Virus record (IMG/VR): IMGVR_UViG_2541047721_000003
Origin: a virus
Lineage: Duplodnaviria > Heunggongvirae > Uroviricota > Caudoviricetes
Length of the DNA: 26,524 nt
Reading direction: 5' to 3' (one strand)
Shown one piece after another: positions 8,838-16,956 of this stretch. The notes under the pieces are model-generated. The model had not been told where the DNA came from. It ran no database searches and saw only the letters and a list, made by a program, of their open reading frames with translations. Both the position numbers and the translations under genes were made by a program. The stretch's first letter is position 1, and every line of letters begins with the position of its first letter.

Positions 8838-9890
8838 TTAGCTGTCGGCGAACTTCAGGCCAGTGATCATCGCGCACTTGCCATAGTCTTCAACGACATA
8901 AGCGTCATTGATGGACTGGTAGGTGGCGATGCGGTTGTATTCCGGCTCGTCTTTCATCAGGCGACGCATTGAACCTTTCTGCCAGTAAATCGACAGGTTG
9001 TTGAACGAGGTGATCAGCATCGTTGAATCCGGGAAGAACGGCGCAAGGAATACATCCAGTCCGCCAATGGCGCGCGATGACAGGATGAGCTGTCCGGCAA
9101 GTAATTCCGCATTGGGATTCTGGCCGCTGATGCTGTTCAGCACGGGCAGACGCAGCGAGTTAAACAGGTTGCGCCCCATAATCACCACGAGGTCGTCAGC
9201 TTCCTTGTGCCATTCATCCAGCAGGGATGAGCGCGCATCCTGTACCAGAGCATCGGCATTCGCATACTTACCCGCGTGCGCCACAGTGTTGTCCATGTTG
9301 CGGGAGGTCAGCGTCACGTCATTCATTACGCGCTCGCTGGCATCGGTTCTGATGTGCTCCAGCCAGCCCACGTTTACGTCCTGAAGCAGCTTGTTGGTGT
9401 GAAAATCAGACTCGTAGGCGTGGGATGTGCCGTTAAAGCCAATCATGATGCGATCAAGCGCTACCTGCCGGGCGATCTGTGTACTGATACGGGACTGAAA
9501 ATCGCTGTGGGCCGCCCAGGTATCAAGCTGTGGGTACGAAATAAAGGTATCGTAGTTCACCTGTTCGCACTGGTACTGACGAGACTTCATATCGATCACG
9601 TTATTCGGGTTACGGCGTTTGATGCCGTCATAACTGCTATTCGTGCGCGCAATTGGCCCGGTGGTGTCCAGGAGGATTTTTTCGCCTTTCTGGTCGGTCA
9701 CGCCGATCACGTTAATTCTTTTCGTAAATTCGGTACTTTCCTTTGAGGCGTTTTCAAAACGTTGCTGCACCGCGGGTTCCACGGTAAATCGCGATACCAG
9801 TGCGGAAACCGGGATATTGTTAAGCGACGCCTGCTGCGCCATATAGCAACCCAGCTTGTTGCGGGTAATATCTGACATCACCAGATTCAT
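8838..9890 (-). CDS. N: Major capsid protein gpN
   Basis: 350 aa, ATG at 9890 with AAGGAG RBS. Multiple segments resemble P2 gpN (FNGT, VGWL, DLVVI.GR, NLSIY, YVVEDY). Confidence 0.88.
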   Translation of the reverse strand: MNLVMSDITRNKLGCYMAQQASLNNIPVSALVSRFTVEPAVQQRFENASKESTEFTKRINVIGVTDQKGEKILLDTTGPIARTNSSYDGIKRRNPNNVIDMKSRQYQCEQVNYDTFISYPQLDTWAAHSDFQSRISTQIARQVALDRIMIGFNGTSHAYESDFHTNKLLQDVNVGWLEHIRTDASERVMNDVTLTSRNMDNTVAHAGKYANADALVQDARSSLLDEWHKEADDLVVIMGRNLFNSLRLPVLNSISGQNPNAELLAGQLILSSRAIGGLDVFLAPFFPDSTMLITSFNNLSIYWQKGSMRRLMKDEPEYNRIATYQSINDAYVVEDYGKCAMITGLKFADS

Positions 9891-9913
9891 AAAAAATTTG
9901 CTCCTTTGTCTTA

Positions 9914-10750
9914 TCAGAAGTCAGCCAGTTGATCGGAGGCTGCGCCCGTTGCGGTGAACCGGTTCTGCGGATCGCCGTCCTGCGTGCGCAGTTTTTCCTT
10001 CAGTGCTGTCAGCTCTGTGGTCAGTAAAGTGATTTTCTGGCTGTCCTGCTGATGGCGGGTTTCCAGCGCATTAAAACGGTCGATAATGTCGGCCTGTGAC
10101 GTTGCGACGCCTTCCACCGCTTCCTGAATACGGGAGAAACTGGCGTCATCCGCTTTGCGGCCACGGCCAATAATCCCCATTACGCGGTTAAACCACTGGG
10201 TGCCTTCTTCCTGGCGTTGTTCTGCCATTTCGATGATTTCAGACTCGATGGCTTCGGAGATAAGCGGTGCTTCACCCTGGACACTGTTGAACGTCATCAC
10301 CGCCTGACGTTGCTGTGCCGTGAATTTCAGGCGTTCAGTGCCCAGGCTTGCCGGGGTGTCGGTCATCGCCAGCCCGACCAGATAGGCGCGCCCGTTAACG
10401 GAGAACTGCGGGTGCAGTTCGATACTGGAATAGATTTTCTTGCCGTCAGCGACAAGCTGCTTCATGCGCTCGGTCGGTTCGATTTCTGCATACAGCGCAG
10501 TACGTCCGGCCAGCGGGCCTTCCGTAATATCTTCCGTACTCAGCGCGGTGACATCGCCCATTGCGGAAAATTCGCTTGACGGGCATGGCGAGAGATAGTG
10601 CTCAACGTTCACGCGGGCAGCGTAAACATCCGGGTTGAAGTTCTCGGCGGCTTCACGCAGATGTACCTGGCTGATTTCGCGGCCATCAACAGTTGATCCG
10701 GAGACAGCCACGCGAAACTTTTTGCGGGATGTCTTTTTTTCATTAGCCAT
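9914..10750 (-). CDS. O: Capsid scaffolding protein gpO
   Basis: ATG at 10750 preceded by AGAGGGG RBS gives MANEKKTSRKKFRVAVSG..., like the P2 gpO N-terminus. An upstream in-frame ATG at 10783 lacks an RBS. Confidence 0.82.
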   Translation of the reverse strand: MANEKKTSRKKFRVAVSGSTVDGREISQVHLREAAENFNPDVYAARVNVEHYLSPCPSSEFSAMGDVTALSTEDITEGPLAGRTALYAEIEPTERMKQLVADGKKIYSSIELHPQFSVNGRAYLVGLAMTDTPASLGTERLKFTAQQRQAVMTFNSVQGEAPLISEAIESEIIEMAEQRQEEGTQWFNRVMGIIGRGRKADDASFSRIQEAVEGVATSQADIIDRFNALETRHQQDSQKITLLTTELTALKEKLRTQDGDPQNRFTATGAASDQLADF

Positions 10751-10783
10751 AGTTTTTGCCCCTCTGACTGGTTCTTCAGTCAT

Positions 10784-10904
10784 GATGGCAAAGCGTAACA
10801 GGCTGATACAAAGGGCTTTTGTTGTAAGAAAACGGCCAGAACAGGGGGTTAAGGAGAACGGTTTCGCGCGCGGGTAATCTTCCTGTAATTACTCAGGGGG
10901 AGCA
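10784..10904. promoter_or_regulatory. Divergent late promoter region between O and P
   Basis: Intergenic region between divergent late operons. Contains a TGT...ACA dyad-like element (about 10823..10843) reminiscent of, but not identical in spacing to, Ogr/Delta-dependent P2 late promoters. Confidence 0.4.
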
Positions 10905-12656
10905 ATGATTCAGGACGCTTTTGTGCGCCAGCGTGCGCGGCAACTTTACTGGCAGGGTTATCCGCCCGCAGAAATATCACGTCTGATGGGAATAAACCCG
11001 AACACGATTTATGCGTGGAAAAAACGCGACCAGTGGGATGAAACGCCACCCGTGCAGCGTGTCACGCAGTCCATCGATGCGCGCCTCATCCAGCTTACTG
11101 AAAAACAGAATAAAACAGGCGGTGACTTTAAGGAAATAGACCTGCTGACCCGGCAGCTTAAAAAAATGCATGATGGCCAGCCGGATGCGACGGCCACAGG
11201 AAAGAAAGGCCGGGCGAAAAAACTCAAAAATCATTTCACGCCGGAACAGATTGCCGCACTGCGGGAAAAAATCATCAGCAGGCTGGAGTGGCATCAGCGG
11301 GGCTGGTTTGACTCCCTGACCCTTTGCAGGGAAGCCGGGATACGTAACAGGATGATCCTGAAATCCCGACAGATTGGCGCGACCTGGTATTTTGCACAGG
11401 AAGCACTGCTGATGGCGCTGCGTGACGATGTGGCGCAACCTTACCAGCGTAACCAGATTTTTTTGTCTGCGTCGCGTCGTCAGGCGTTCCAGTTTAAAAG
11501 CATTATTCAGAAGGCTGCGGCTGAAGTTGATGTGGAGCTGAAAGGGGGCGATAAAATCATCCTCTCCAACGGCGCAGAGCTGCATTTTCTCGGCACTTCT
11601 GCTGCGTCGGCGCAGTCCTATACGGGCAATTTTTATTTTGATGAATTTTTCTGGGTCAGTCGCTTTGCTGAACTGCGCAAGGTGGCTGGCGCTATGGCAA
11701 CCCTCAGCGGATTGCGGCGCACCTACTTCTCCACGCCATCCACCGAAACGCACGAGGCATACGCCTACTGGAACGGCGACCGCTGGAACGAGAAAAAGGC
11801 CACGCATAAACGCCAGCGTTTTTCTGTGGACTGGAAAACGCTGCATAACGGGCTTATCTGCCCTGACCGGACGTGGCGGCAAATTGTCACGCTGGAAGAT
11901 GTGGTTAATCACGGCTGGAAACACACCGATATCGACGAAATTCGTGATGAAAACACCGAAGACGAGTTCCTCAATCTCTATATGTGTGAGTTTGTCCGCG
12001 AAGGGGAATCGGCATTTAACCTGAATATCCTGATTGGCTGCGGTGTTGACGGATACGACGACTGGAAAGACTGGAAACCTTTTGCTCCCCGCCCGATAGG
12101 GAATCGTCCGGTATGGATTGGGTATGACGCAAACGGCAGCAGTGGAAACGGCGACAGCGGCGCTGTGTCCGTGGTGGTTCCTCCGGCTGTTCCTGGCGGC
12201 CGTTTTCGAACGGTGGAGACGCGACGCGTTCAGGGGCTGGAGTTTGAAGAACAGGCCAGAGTCATTGAAGAGTTCACGTGTCGCTACAACGTGGAACACA
12301 TCGGCATTGATGTGACAGGCGGGAACGGGGAGGCTGTTTATCAGATAGTGAAGCGGTTTTTCCCTGCTGCTATTCCGTACACCTTCACGCTGTCATCAAA
12401 ACGGTCGCTGGTACTGAAAATGCTGCAAATAATGCGTGCCGGGCGGTGGGAATACGATCGCGCCGAACGCGAGTTGGTCGCAGCCTTTAACGCCGTGCGT
12501 AAGGTGAAAACACCGGGCGGCTTTATCACTTACGAAACGGACCGCGCGAGGGGGATCAGCCACGGCGACCTTGCGTGGGCAACCATGCTTGCTGTCATTA
12601 ACGAACCAATTGGCGGCGAAGGAGAAAACGAGCGTTTCACGGTTATGGAGTTCTGA
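10905..12656 (+). CDS. P: Terminase large (ATPase) subunit gpP
   Basis: 583 aa, ATG with GGGGGAG RBS. N-terminal LYWQGYPPAEISRLMG...YAWKKRDQWDE resembles P2 gpP. Divergent from O as in P2. Confidence 0.88.
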   Translation: MIQDAFVRQRARQLYWQGYPPAEISRLMGINPNTIYAWKKRDQWDETPPVQRVTQSIDARLIQLTEKQNKTGGDFKEIDLLTRQLKKMHDGQPDATATGKKGRAKKLKNHFTPEQIAALREKIISRLEWHQRGWFDSLTLCREAGIRNRMILKSRQIGATWYFAQEALLMALRDDVAQPYQRNQIFLSASRRQAFQFKSIIQKAAAEVDVELKGGDKIILSNGAELHFLGTSAASAQSYTGNFYFDEFFWVSRFAELRKVAGAMATLSGLRRTYFSTPSTETHEAYAYWNGDRWNEKKATHKRQRFSVDWKTLHNGLICPDRTWRQIVTLEDVVNHGWKHTDIDEIRDENTEDEFLNLYMCEFVREGESAFNLNILIGCGVDGYDDWKDWKPFAPRPIGNRPVWIGYDANGSSGNGDSGAVSVVVPPAVPGGRFRTVETRRVQGLEFEEQARVIEEFTCRYNVEHIGIDVTGGNGEAVYQIVKRFFPAAIPYTFTLSSKRSLVLKMLQIMRAGRWEYDRAERELVAAFNAVRKVKTPGGFITYETDRARGISHGDLAWATMLAVINEPIGGEGENERFTVMEF

Positions 12657-13702
12657 TGAGCAGAAAAAATAAAAAAGTGCGCATGAGTTCACGCATTGAT
12701 CTCGCTGATGCGCTCAGGAAAGAATCATCGCTCAGTGCATTCACATTTGATGGTCCTTATCGCCTGACCGGGCATGACCTGCTGGACAATATGTACTGTG
12801 CTGATAACGGGCGGTGGTATGAAACCCCGGTGGACTGGTACGGTCTGGCAAGAGCAGCCCGGCAAACGTCCTGGCATCAGTCTGCGCTTTACTTTAAGCG
12901 CAATGTATTACTCGGTTGCTACATCCCGCACCCGCTGCTTTCCCGGCAGGATTTCTCGGCGCTGGCGCTGGACTGGTTTGTGTTCGGTAACGCATTCCTT
13001 GAGCTTCGAAGCAATATGCTCGGCGAACCGCTTAAATTACGGCACGCCCTGGCGAAATATATGCGACGCGGAAGCGATCTTGAATCATGGTGGTATGTGC
13101 AGGATGGCAAGGACGCGTTTCAGTTTCGTCCTGGCAAAGTGTGCCACCTGATGAATCCGGATATTAACCAGGAAATCTACGGCATGCCGGAATATCTTGG
13201 CGCATTACTCTCGGCCAGCCTTTCTCATTCGGCGGACATGTTCAGAAAACTGTACTACGACAACGGATCCCACGCCGGGTGCATCATCTACATCGGTGCA
13301 GCGCAGGTAAACCGCGAAAGCATGGACTCCCTGAAAGAAACGCTACAGGGGGCACGTGGTGGTGGTGCGTTTAAAAACGTGCTCATTCATGCGCCCAACG
13401 GGGGCAAAGAGGGGGTGCAAATTTTGCCGTTCCAGCAGATCACCGCAAAAGATGAATTCATGAATGTTAAGGCGGCATCCCGTGATGATGTGCTGGCTGC
13501 GCACCGCGTTCCGCCGCAACTGATGGGGGCGATGCCGGGCGAAAAAAGTGCGTTTGGCGATGTGGAGAAGGCAGCGCGGGTTTACGCAATTAACGAGCTG
13601 ATGCCCGTCATGGAGGCTATGAAGCACATCAATGACTGGCTTGGCGAAGAGGTGATCCGTTTTAACTCTTATGCTCTTCTTGATGAAAAAACAGCCCCGT
13701 GA
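12656..13702 (+). CDS. Q: Portal protein gpQ
   Basis: 348 aa (P2 gpQ about 344 aa). ATG overlaps the P stop (ATGA). Followed by a bidirectional terminator. Confidence 0.85.
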   Translation: MSRKNKKVRMSSRIDLADALRKESSLSAFTFDGPYRLTGHDLLDNMYCADNGRWYETPVDWYGLARAARQTSWHQSALYFKRNVLLGCYIPHPLLSRQDFSALALDWFVFGNAFLELRSNMLGEPLKLRHALAKYMRRGSDLESWWYVQDGKDAFQFRPGKVCHLMNPDINQEIYGMPEYLGALLSASLSHSADMFRKLYYDNGSHAGCIIYIGAAQVNRESMDSLKETLQGARGGGAFKNVLIHAPNGGKEGVQILPFQQITAKDEFMNVKAASRDDVLAAHRVPPQLMGAMPGEKSAFGDVEKAARVYAINELMPVMEAMKHINDWLGEEVIRFNSYALLDEKTAP

Positions 13703-13718
13703 TGGGGCTGTCCTTTTT
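13691..13718. terminator. Bidirectional intrinsic terminator between convergent Q and the 174-aa gene
   Basis: 8-bp perfect stem ACAGCCCC/GGGGCTGT (13691..13698 / 13704..13711) with loop GTGAT, flanked by an A-run upstream and a T-run downstream. The Q stop codon lies in the loop. Confidence 0.6.
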
Positions 13719-14241
13719 ACCAGAGTTGAACCATTTTCTGGGTGCCGTCAGGCTTGAGATTATCAATTTCAGAGAGAACGTAATATTGAATGGCTTCACA
13801 AACGGTGGTGTAGGGGGAATTACCTTCTTTAAGTGGCACGATATTATTATTAACGCGAACCTGTATTTCATCGTTATACATTGCGATCGAAACAGGCGTG
13901 TGCACGAACGCGACTTCGCCAGGTGTGTCGTCAACCACCGTTTCAATACTAAAAGTCAGTTTTCGCTCATCATTGCTGCCCCGTGCTTTGGGGGTAGCGG
14001 CAGGGATCTGGGATAAAGGCATTCTGCGAAATCCTTCGGCTGCTTCCAGTCCGCATGAAACGTAATGCTGGCGATTACCGTCGCTATCTGTCCAGGTCTG
14101 TGATGGCAGCTCCAGCGAGATTTCATAAGCATCAACAATGCCCTGGGCAAGGCGTACAAGCGGGGTCAGATCTTCATTGCGGCGAAAGCTCTCCTTTACC
14201 TGCTCCCGTTTTTCTCTTAACTGCTTGTAATTAATGACCAT
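13717..14241 (-). CDS. Hypothetical protein, about 174 aa (cargo gene between portal gene and cos-like region)
   Basis: ATG at 14241 with GGAGG RBS 7 nt upstream; the track's 14280 start is GTG. Lower GC than flanking structural genes by eye. No recognisable motif. Confidence 0.5.
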   Translation of the reverse strand: MVINYKQLREKREQVKESFRRNEDLTPLVRLAQGIVDAYEISLELPSQTWTDSDGNRQHYVSCGLEAAEGFRRMPLSQIPAATPKARGSNDERKLTFSIETVVDDTPGEVAFVHTPVSIAMYNDEIQVRVNNNIVPLKEGNSPYTTVCEAIQYYVLSEIDNLKPDGTQKMVQLW

Positions 14242-14340
14242 AAGACAGCCTCCATTGATTTCTTTGCTCGTATTTTGCACTTATGAAGTATGGTCGGCAA
14301 GGTGCCGTATCGCTGACGCGCTTCGCTTGTCTGCTGCTTC

Positions 14341-14369
14341 GCCGGGGCATAAAAAATTTATGCCCCGGC
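14341..14369. other. Perfect 13-bp-stem palindrome GCCGGGGCATAAA-AAA-TTTATGCCCCGGC
   Basis: Read directly from the sequence; 100 bp upstream of the 174-aa gene start. Possible terminator, operator or RNA structure. Confidence 0.4.
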
Positions 14370-14627
14370 TCTCCAGCTCCTGTATCAATCAGATAATTTC
14401 ACGACGCCTTCCAGTTTATCGCCACCATCGACGGTCAGACTCTTACGCAATTCCACCGCGTTGACTGCATGTTCTCGCTGCCTCAGTGCGATTTTGACGG
14501 CCTTACCTTTCACCCCATCAAATCAAAAGCCCTCACGCCTTTTTCATGCTCAGCGTGAGAAATATGGCCATTCTGTTGTGTCTCTGCGACATCGTTCAGG
14601 GAATGCTATTTACCCCCTGAAACGCGG

Positions 14628-14651
14628 GCTGTTCCCCCGTCACCTGCGCGC
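14628..14651. other. Candidate cos (cohesive end) region
   Basis: GCTGTTCCCCCGTCACCTGCGCGC partly resembles the reverse complement of the P2/186 cos core (GGCG(A/T)GGCGGGGAAAGCA, recalled from memory). Orientation relative to Q is as expected. Unverified. Confidence 0.3.
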
Positions 14652-14740
14652 AGAAAAAACGCGTTTTTTTGTGCACGCACGGATCCCTGACGGATCCAGC
14701 CGCCACGCGGGCCGGAAGGGCAAAAAGTCGTTCAAAAAAA

Positions 14741-14767
14741 TTGTGCAAATTTGTGCACTATTGTGCA
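14741..14767. repeat. Three tandem TTGTGCA iterons with exact 10-bp spacing (a fourth copy at about 14669)
   Basis: TTGTGCAAAT TTGTGCACTA TTGTGCATTG read directly. Adjacent to the AAAAAACGCGTTTTTT palindrome (14653..14669) and the ACGGATCC direct repeat. Confidence 0.5.
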
Positions 14768-14775
14768 TTGAAATA

Positions 14776-14797
14776 AACGCCCTGGAAGAGGGCGTTT
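14776..14797 (-). terminator. Intrinsic terminator of the minus-strand operon ending at 14808
   Basis: Stem AACGCCCT/AGGGCGTT with loop GGAAG, about 10 nt after the stop of the 112-aa gene, followed on the minus strand by a T-rich tract. Confidence 0.55.
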
Positions 14798-14807
14798 TGG
14801 CTCATTT

Positions 14808-15146
14808 CTATAGCTTTGATGCAGGCTGGGCTAGGTCTCCTTTGATGCCAGTGTTTACAACCTGACAAGCCTCTTTGAGTACCCAGTCAACAGCGTCTTT
14901 CCATGCTCCGGTTTCGGCTGGCGGATTCTCACGCTTTACCAGTTCATAGAATCGTACTGCTCTAACCAGTCCATCTGACGGTTTTGCCTGTAGTGCAGCC
15001 TGAGCTATGCGGTATGCCTGGAGCATACGGGCGTCGTTGATATCCATTCCGAACGGAATTTCTGATGATTGTGATTCTGCATCTTCAAGCCTGGCAATTT
15101 CTTTACGTAAAAAGTATTTCAACTCTTGTTTTTGTTTTCTGTTCAT
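14808..15146 (-). CDS. Hypothetical protein, 112 aa (co-operonic with the ClpX-ZBD-like gene)
   Basis: ATG at 15146 overlaps the stop of the upstream gene (ATGA). Predicted largely helical and charged. No recognisable motif. Confidence 0.55.
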   Translation of the reverse strand: MNRKQKQELKYFLRKEIARLEDAESQSSEIPFGMDINDARMLQAYRIAQAALQAKPSDGLVRAVRFYELVKRENPPAETGAWKDAVDWVLKEACQVVNTGIKGDLAQPASKL

Positions 15147-15475
15147 GCGTTTTTTCCCTTTTTGTCTGTCACTTCTCTCCTGATAATTTCATTGCACAAA
15201 TCCACGCACTCATTGCAGATGCAAACAGACGGTCCGGCAATCACCTTTGTGACTTCGTACTGAGATTTATTGCAGAAGCTGCAATAAATCGTCTCCTCGC
15301 CTGAAGTCCATGTTTTGCTGGTTTCGCCAGACATCAGTTGTTTGAGGTCTTTTTCACGACGAAGAACTATCTGGCCACATTCAGCTATTTTTTGGATGTT
15401 GACATTTTCTTCTTTCGCCAGCGCTTCCATCCGCTCAATCAGTCGCTGCGCTTTTTCTCTGTCAATGTGTTGCAT
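15143..15475 (-). CDS. Small protein with C-terminal ClpX-type C4 zinc-binding domain (zf-C4_ClpX-like), N-terminal coiled-coil-like region
   Basis: 110 aa, ATG at 15475 with AAGGGGGA RBS. Segment [35 protein letters not shown] closely parallels the E. coli ClpX N-terminal zinc-binding domain ([32 protein letters not shown], from memory), including the CxxC...CxxC spacing. Confidence 0.7.
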   Translation of the reverse strand: MQHIDREKAQRLIERMEALAKEENVNIQKIAECGQIVLRREKDLKQLMSGETSKTWTSGEETIYCSFCNKSQYEVTKVIAGPSVCICNECVDLCNEIIRREVTDKKGKNA

Positions 15476-15508
15476 TGTGTCCCCCTTGTTTATGTTCCCG
15501 GATTAAAG

Positions 15509-15532
15509 TCATCAGGGCGGATGCGCCCTGAT
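15509..15532. other. Hairpin CATCAGGGCG-GATG-CGCCCTGATG between parR and the ClpX-ZBD-like gene
   Basis: 10-bp perfect inverted repeat read directly. A third copy of CGCCCTGAT lies at 15553..15561. Confidence 0.4.
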
Positions 15533-15538
15533 GTTGTG

Positions 15539-15850
15539 TTATTCGGGAAATAACGCCCTGATATTTCCGGCCATCCGACTGGTTATCTGTGAGGTTGGTA
15601 CTGGCTGTGACGCGGGGCGTTCTGTCCTGGTTTGTGTCACTGATAACGCCTCATCGTCAGCCCATGCAGCCAGTCGGTAAGCCTCTGCCGGATTCATTTT
15701 CAGAAGTGCCAGCCCGGCCAGAAAAGCCACACGTTGGCCGCTTTTGCGGGCTTCTGGTGTAAGGCTGTCCAGCCAGGTGCATGCTTCGCCTTCGTTCTTG
15801 ACGGCGGCGGGCTTCAGATAGAAACTTATCCGTCTGGTTGGTGTCGTCAT
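15539..15850 (-). CDS. parR: ParR-like centromere-binding adaptor (RHH)
   Basis: 103 aa from ATG 15850 (AAGGAG RBS), 4 nt after the parM stop. RRISFYLKP...AFLAGLAL...ALFPE parallels plasmid R1 ParR (RTIAFKLNP...ALTAGLAL...SLFPKE, from memory). Confidence 0.68.
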   Translation of the reverse strand: MTTPTRRISFYLKPAAVKNEGEACTWLDSLTPEARKSGQRVAFLAGLALLKMNPAEAYRLAAWADDEALSVTQTRTERPASQPVPTSQITSRMAGNIRALFPE

Positions 15851-15854
15851 TGGT

Positions 15855-16814
15855 TTACTCCTTGTCCATTGCGTACAGCCCATTAACCAGAGCAAACTGT
15901 GGCACCCCGTCCGCGATGAAAGTCGCATTAACTCCGCAGGCTTCGCGGATAGCGGGTGCCACAATCTCCGCCCCGCCACCGACAACCATCACCCGCCCGT
16001 AACCCGAAAAACCCGCCAGCGCGCGGATCACTCGTTGTTTCAGTGTTTCTTCCTTTTCACGAATAACCGCCATCAGGCTGTCGTAATGCGCGTCATTGTG
16101 GATGTGCTGGCGCAGCCAGGCTTCATCATGGCGATGTTCGATAATGGTATTGGCGATGTGGTGACTGGTGCGCATACCGTTAGTGGCCATCACCGACAGT
16201 ACGGCATCGGCCATCAGAGAAACGCCTACGTGTGGATCGCAAAACACCTGGCTGATACCTGCCAGTTGCCCCTGAACCTTTGCCACATCCAGCGTGGTTC
16301 CGCCCAAATCCACAATCAGCAGGGATTCAAACGGACTCATGTCAGCCAGTGCCTTAAAGCCAGCCGGAATGGATTCAGGCATAACCCGCACGTTACGGAT
16401 AGTGAATGCTTCGCCGTTCTGGTACTCCACCGGGCGCATAACGTTCGCTTTTTTGCGGTTGATGTTGGCCATGTCCGGCTGTGCGTTTGTGTCGAAATAC
16501 TCGCTCAGTGGCAGGGTGACAACCACATCCACCTCCTGTGGCGTGATGCCTGATTTGACCAGCGCGTGATGAATGGCAATTACATTCACATCGCTGTACT
16601 GGTATTGCGTGTCGGTCGTCTGGACAAATCGAACGCTGACCGGATCAAAACCATAGCGCACGCCATCAAGCATGTAGTTTGCGGGCTGCATGCCACCGAA
16701 CGGCGCAGACCATTCCGATTTGAAGCTGTTCGGGCTGATGGCGTTGCGGCGTTCGCCGTTCTCAGTCCATGCCAGCTTGATGTTGGTGGAGCCGTCGTCG
16801 ATACAAATTTTCAT
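15855..16814 (-). CDS. parM: ParM/StbA-like actin-type segregation ATPase
   Basis: 319 aa. MKICIDDGSTNIKLAW N-terminus and segments ISPNSFK, YSDVNV..HHAL, VMPE.IPAG, LLI.DLGGTTLD, GVSL, V.GGGAE, LVNG closely parallel R1 ParM (about 320 aa, from memory). AAGGA RBS. Confidence 0.85.
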   Translation of the reverse strand: MKICIDDGSTNIKLAWTENGERRNAISPNSFKSEWSAPFGGMQPANYMLDGVRYGFDPVSVRFVQTTDTQYQYSDVNVIAIHHALVKSGITPQEVDVVVTLPLSEYFDTNAQPDMANINRKKANVMRPVEYQNGEAFTIRNVRVMPESIPAGFKALADMSPFESLLIVDLGGTTLDVAKVQGQLAGISQVFCDPHVGVSLMADAVLSVMATNGMRTSHHIANTIIEHRHDEAWLRQHIHNDAHYDSLMAVIREKEETLKQRVIRALAGFSGYGRVMVVGGGAEIVAPAIREACGVNATFIADGVPQFALVNGLYAMDKE

Positions 16815-16845
16815 GTCGATTTTCCTTATGTTGATTAATTAATCG

Positions 16846-16956
16846 TTTACGGGGTTTTTAAATCCCGTTTTTGCCTGTTTTATGCGCGCTTCATATATCG
16901 CGGCGCGTTTTTTGCTCATTTACGGGTTTTGTGAATCCCGTTTCTGTCTGTTTTTT
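16846..16956. repeat. parC-like region: two about 38-bp direct repeats flanking a putative promoter
   Basis: TTTACGGGGTTTTTAAATCCCGTTTTTGCCTGTTTTAT (16846..16883) and TTTACGGGTTTTGTGAATCCCGTTTCTGTCTGTTTTTT (16919..16956), each with an ACGGG...CCCGT inverted sub-element. Lies immediately upstream of parM and overlaps the last codons of A. Confidence 0.5.

Noticed and set aside
10784-10904. Canonical Ogr-type TGT-N12-ACA late promoter dyads
   Set aside because: Only near-matches (TGT-N12-AGA, TGT-N15-ACA) were found by eye, so the region is reported as a probable divergent late promoter without claiming exact Ogr sites.
10977-12299. 440-aa ORF on the minus strand
   Set aside because: Lies wholly antisense to the terminase P gene, which has clear family resemblance, RBS and synteny. 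Treated as a shadow ORF.
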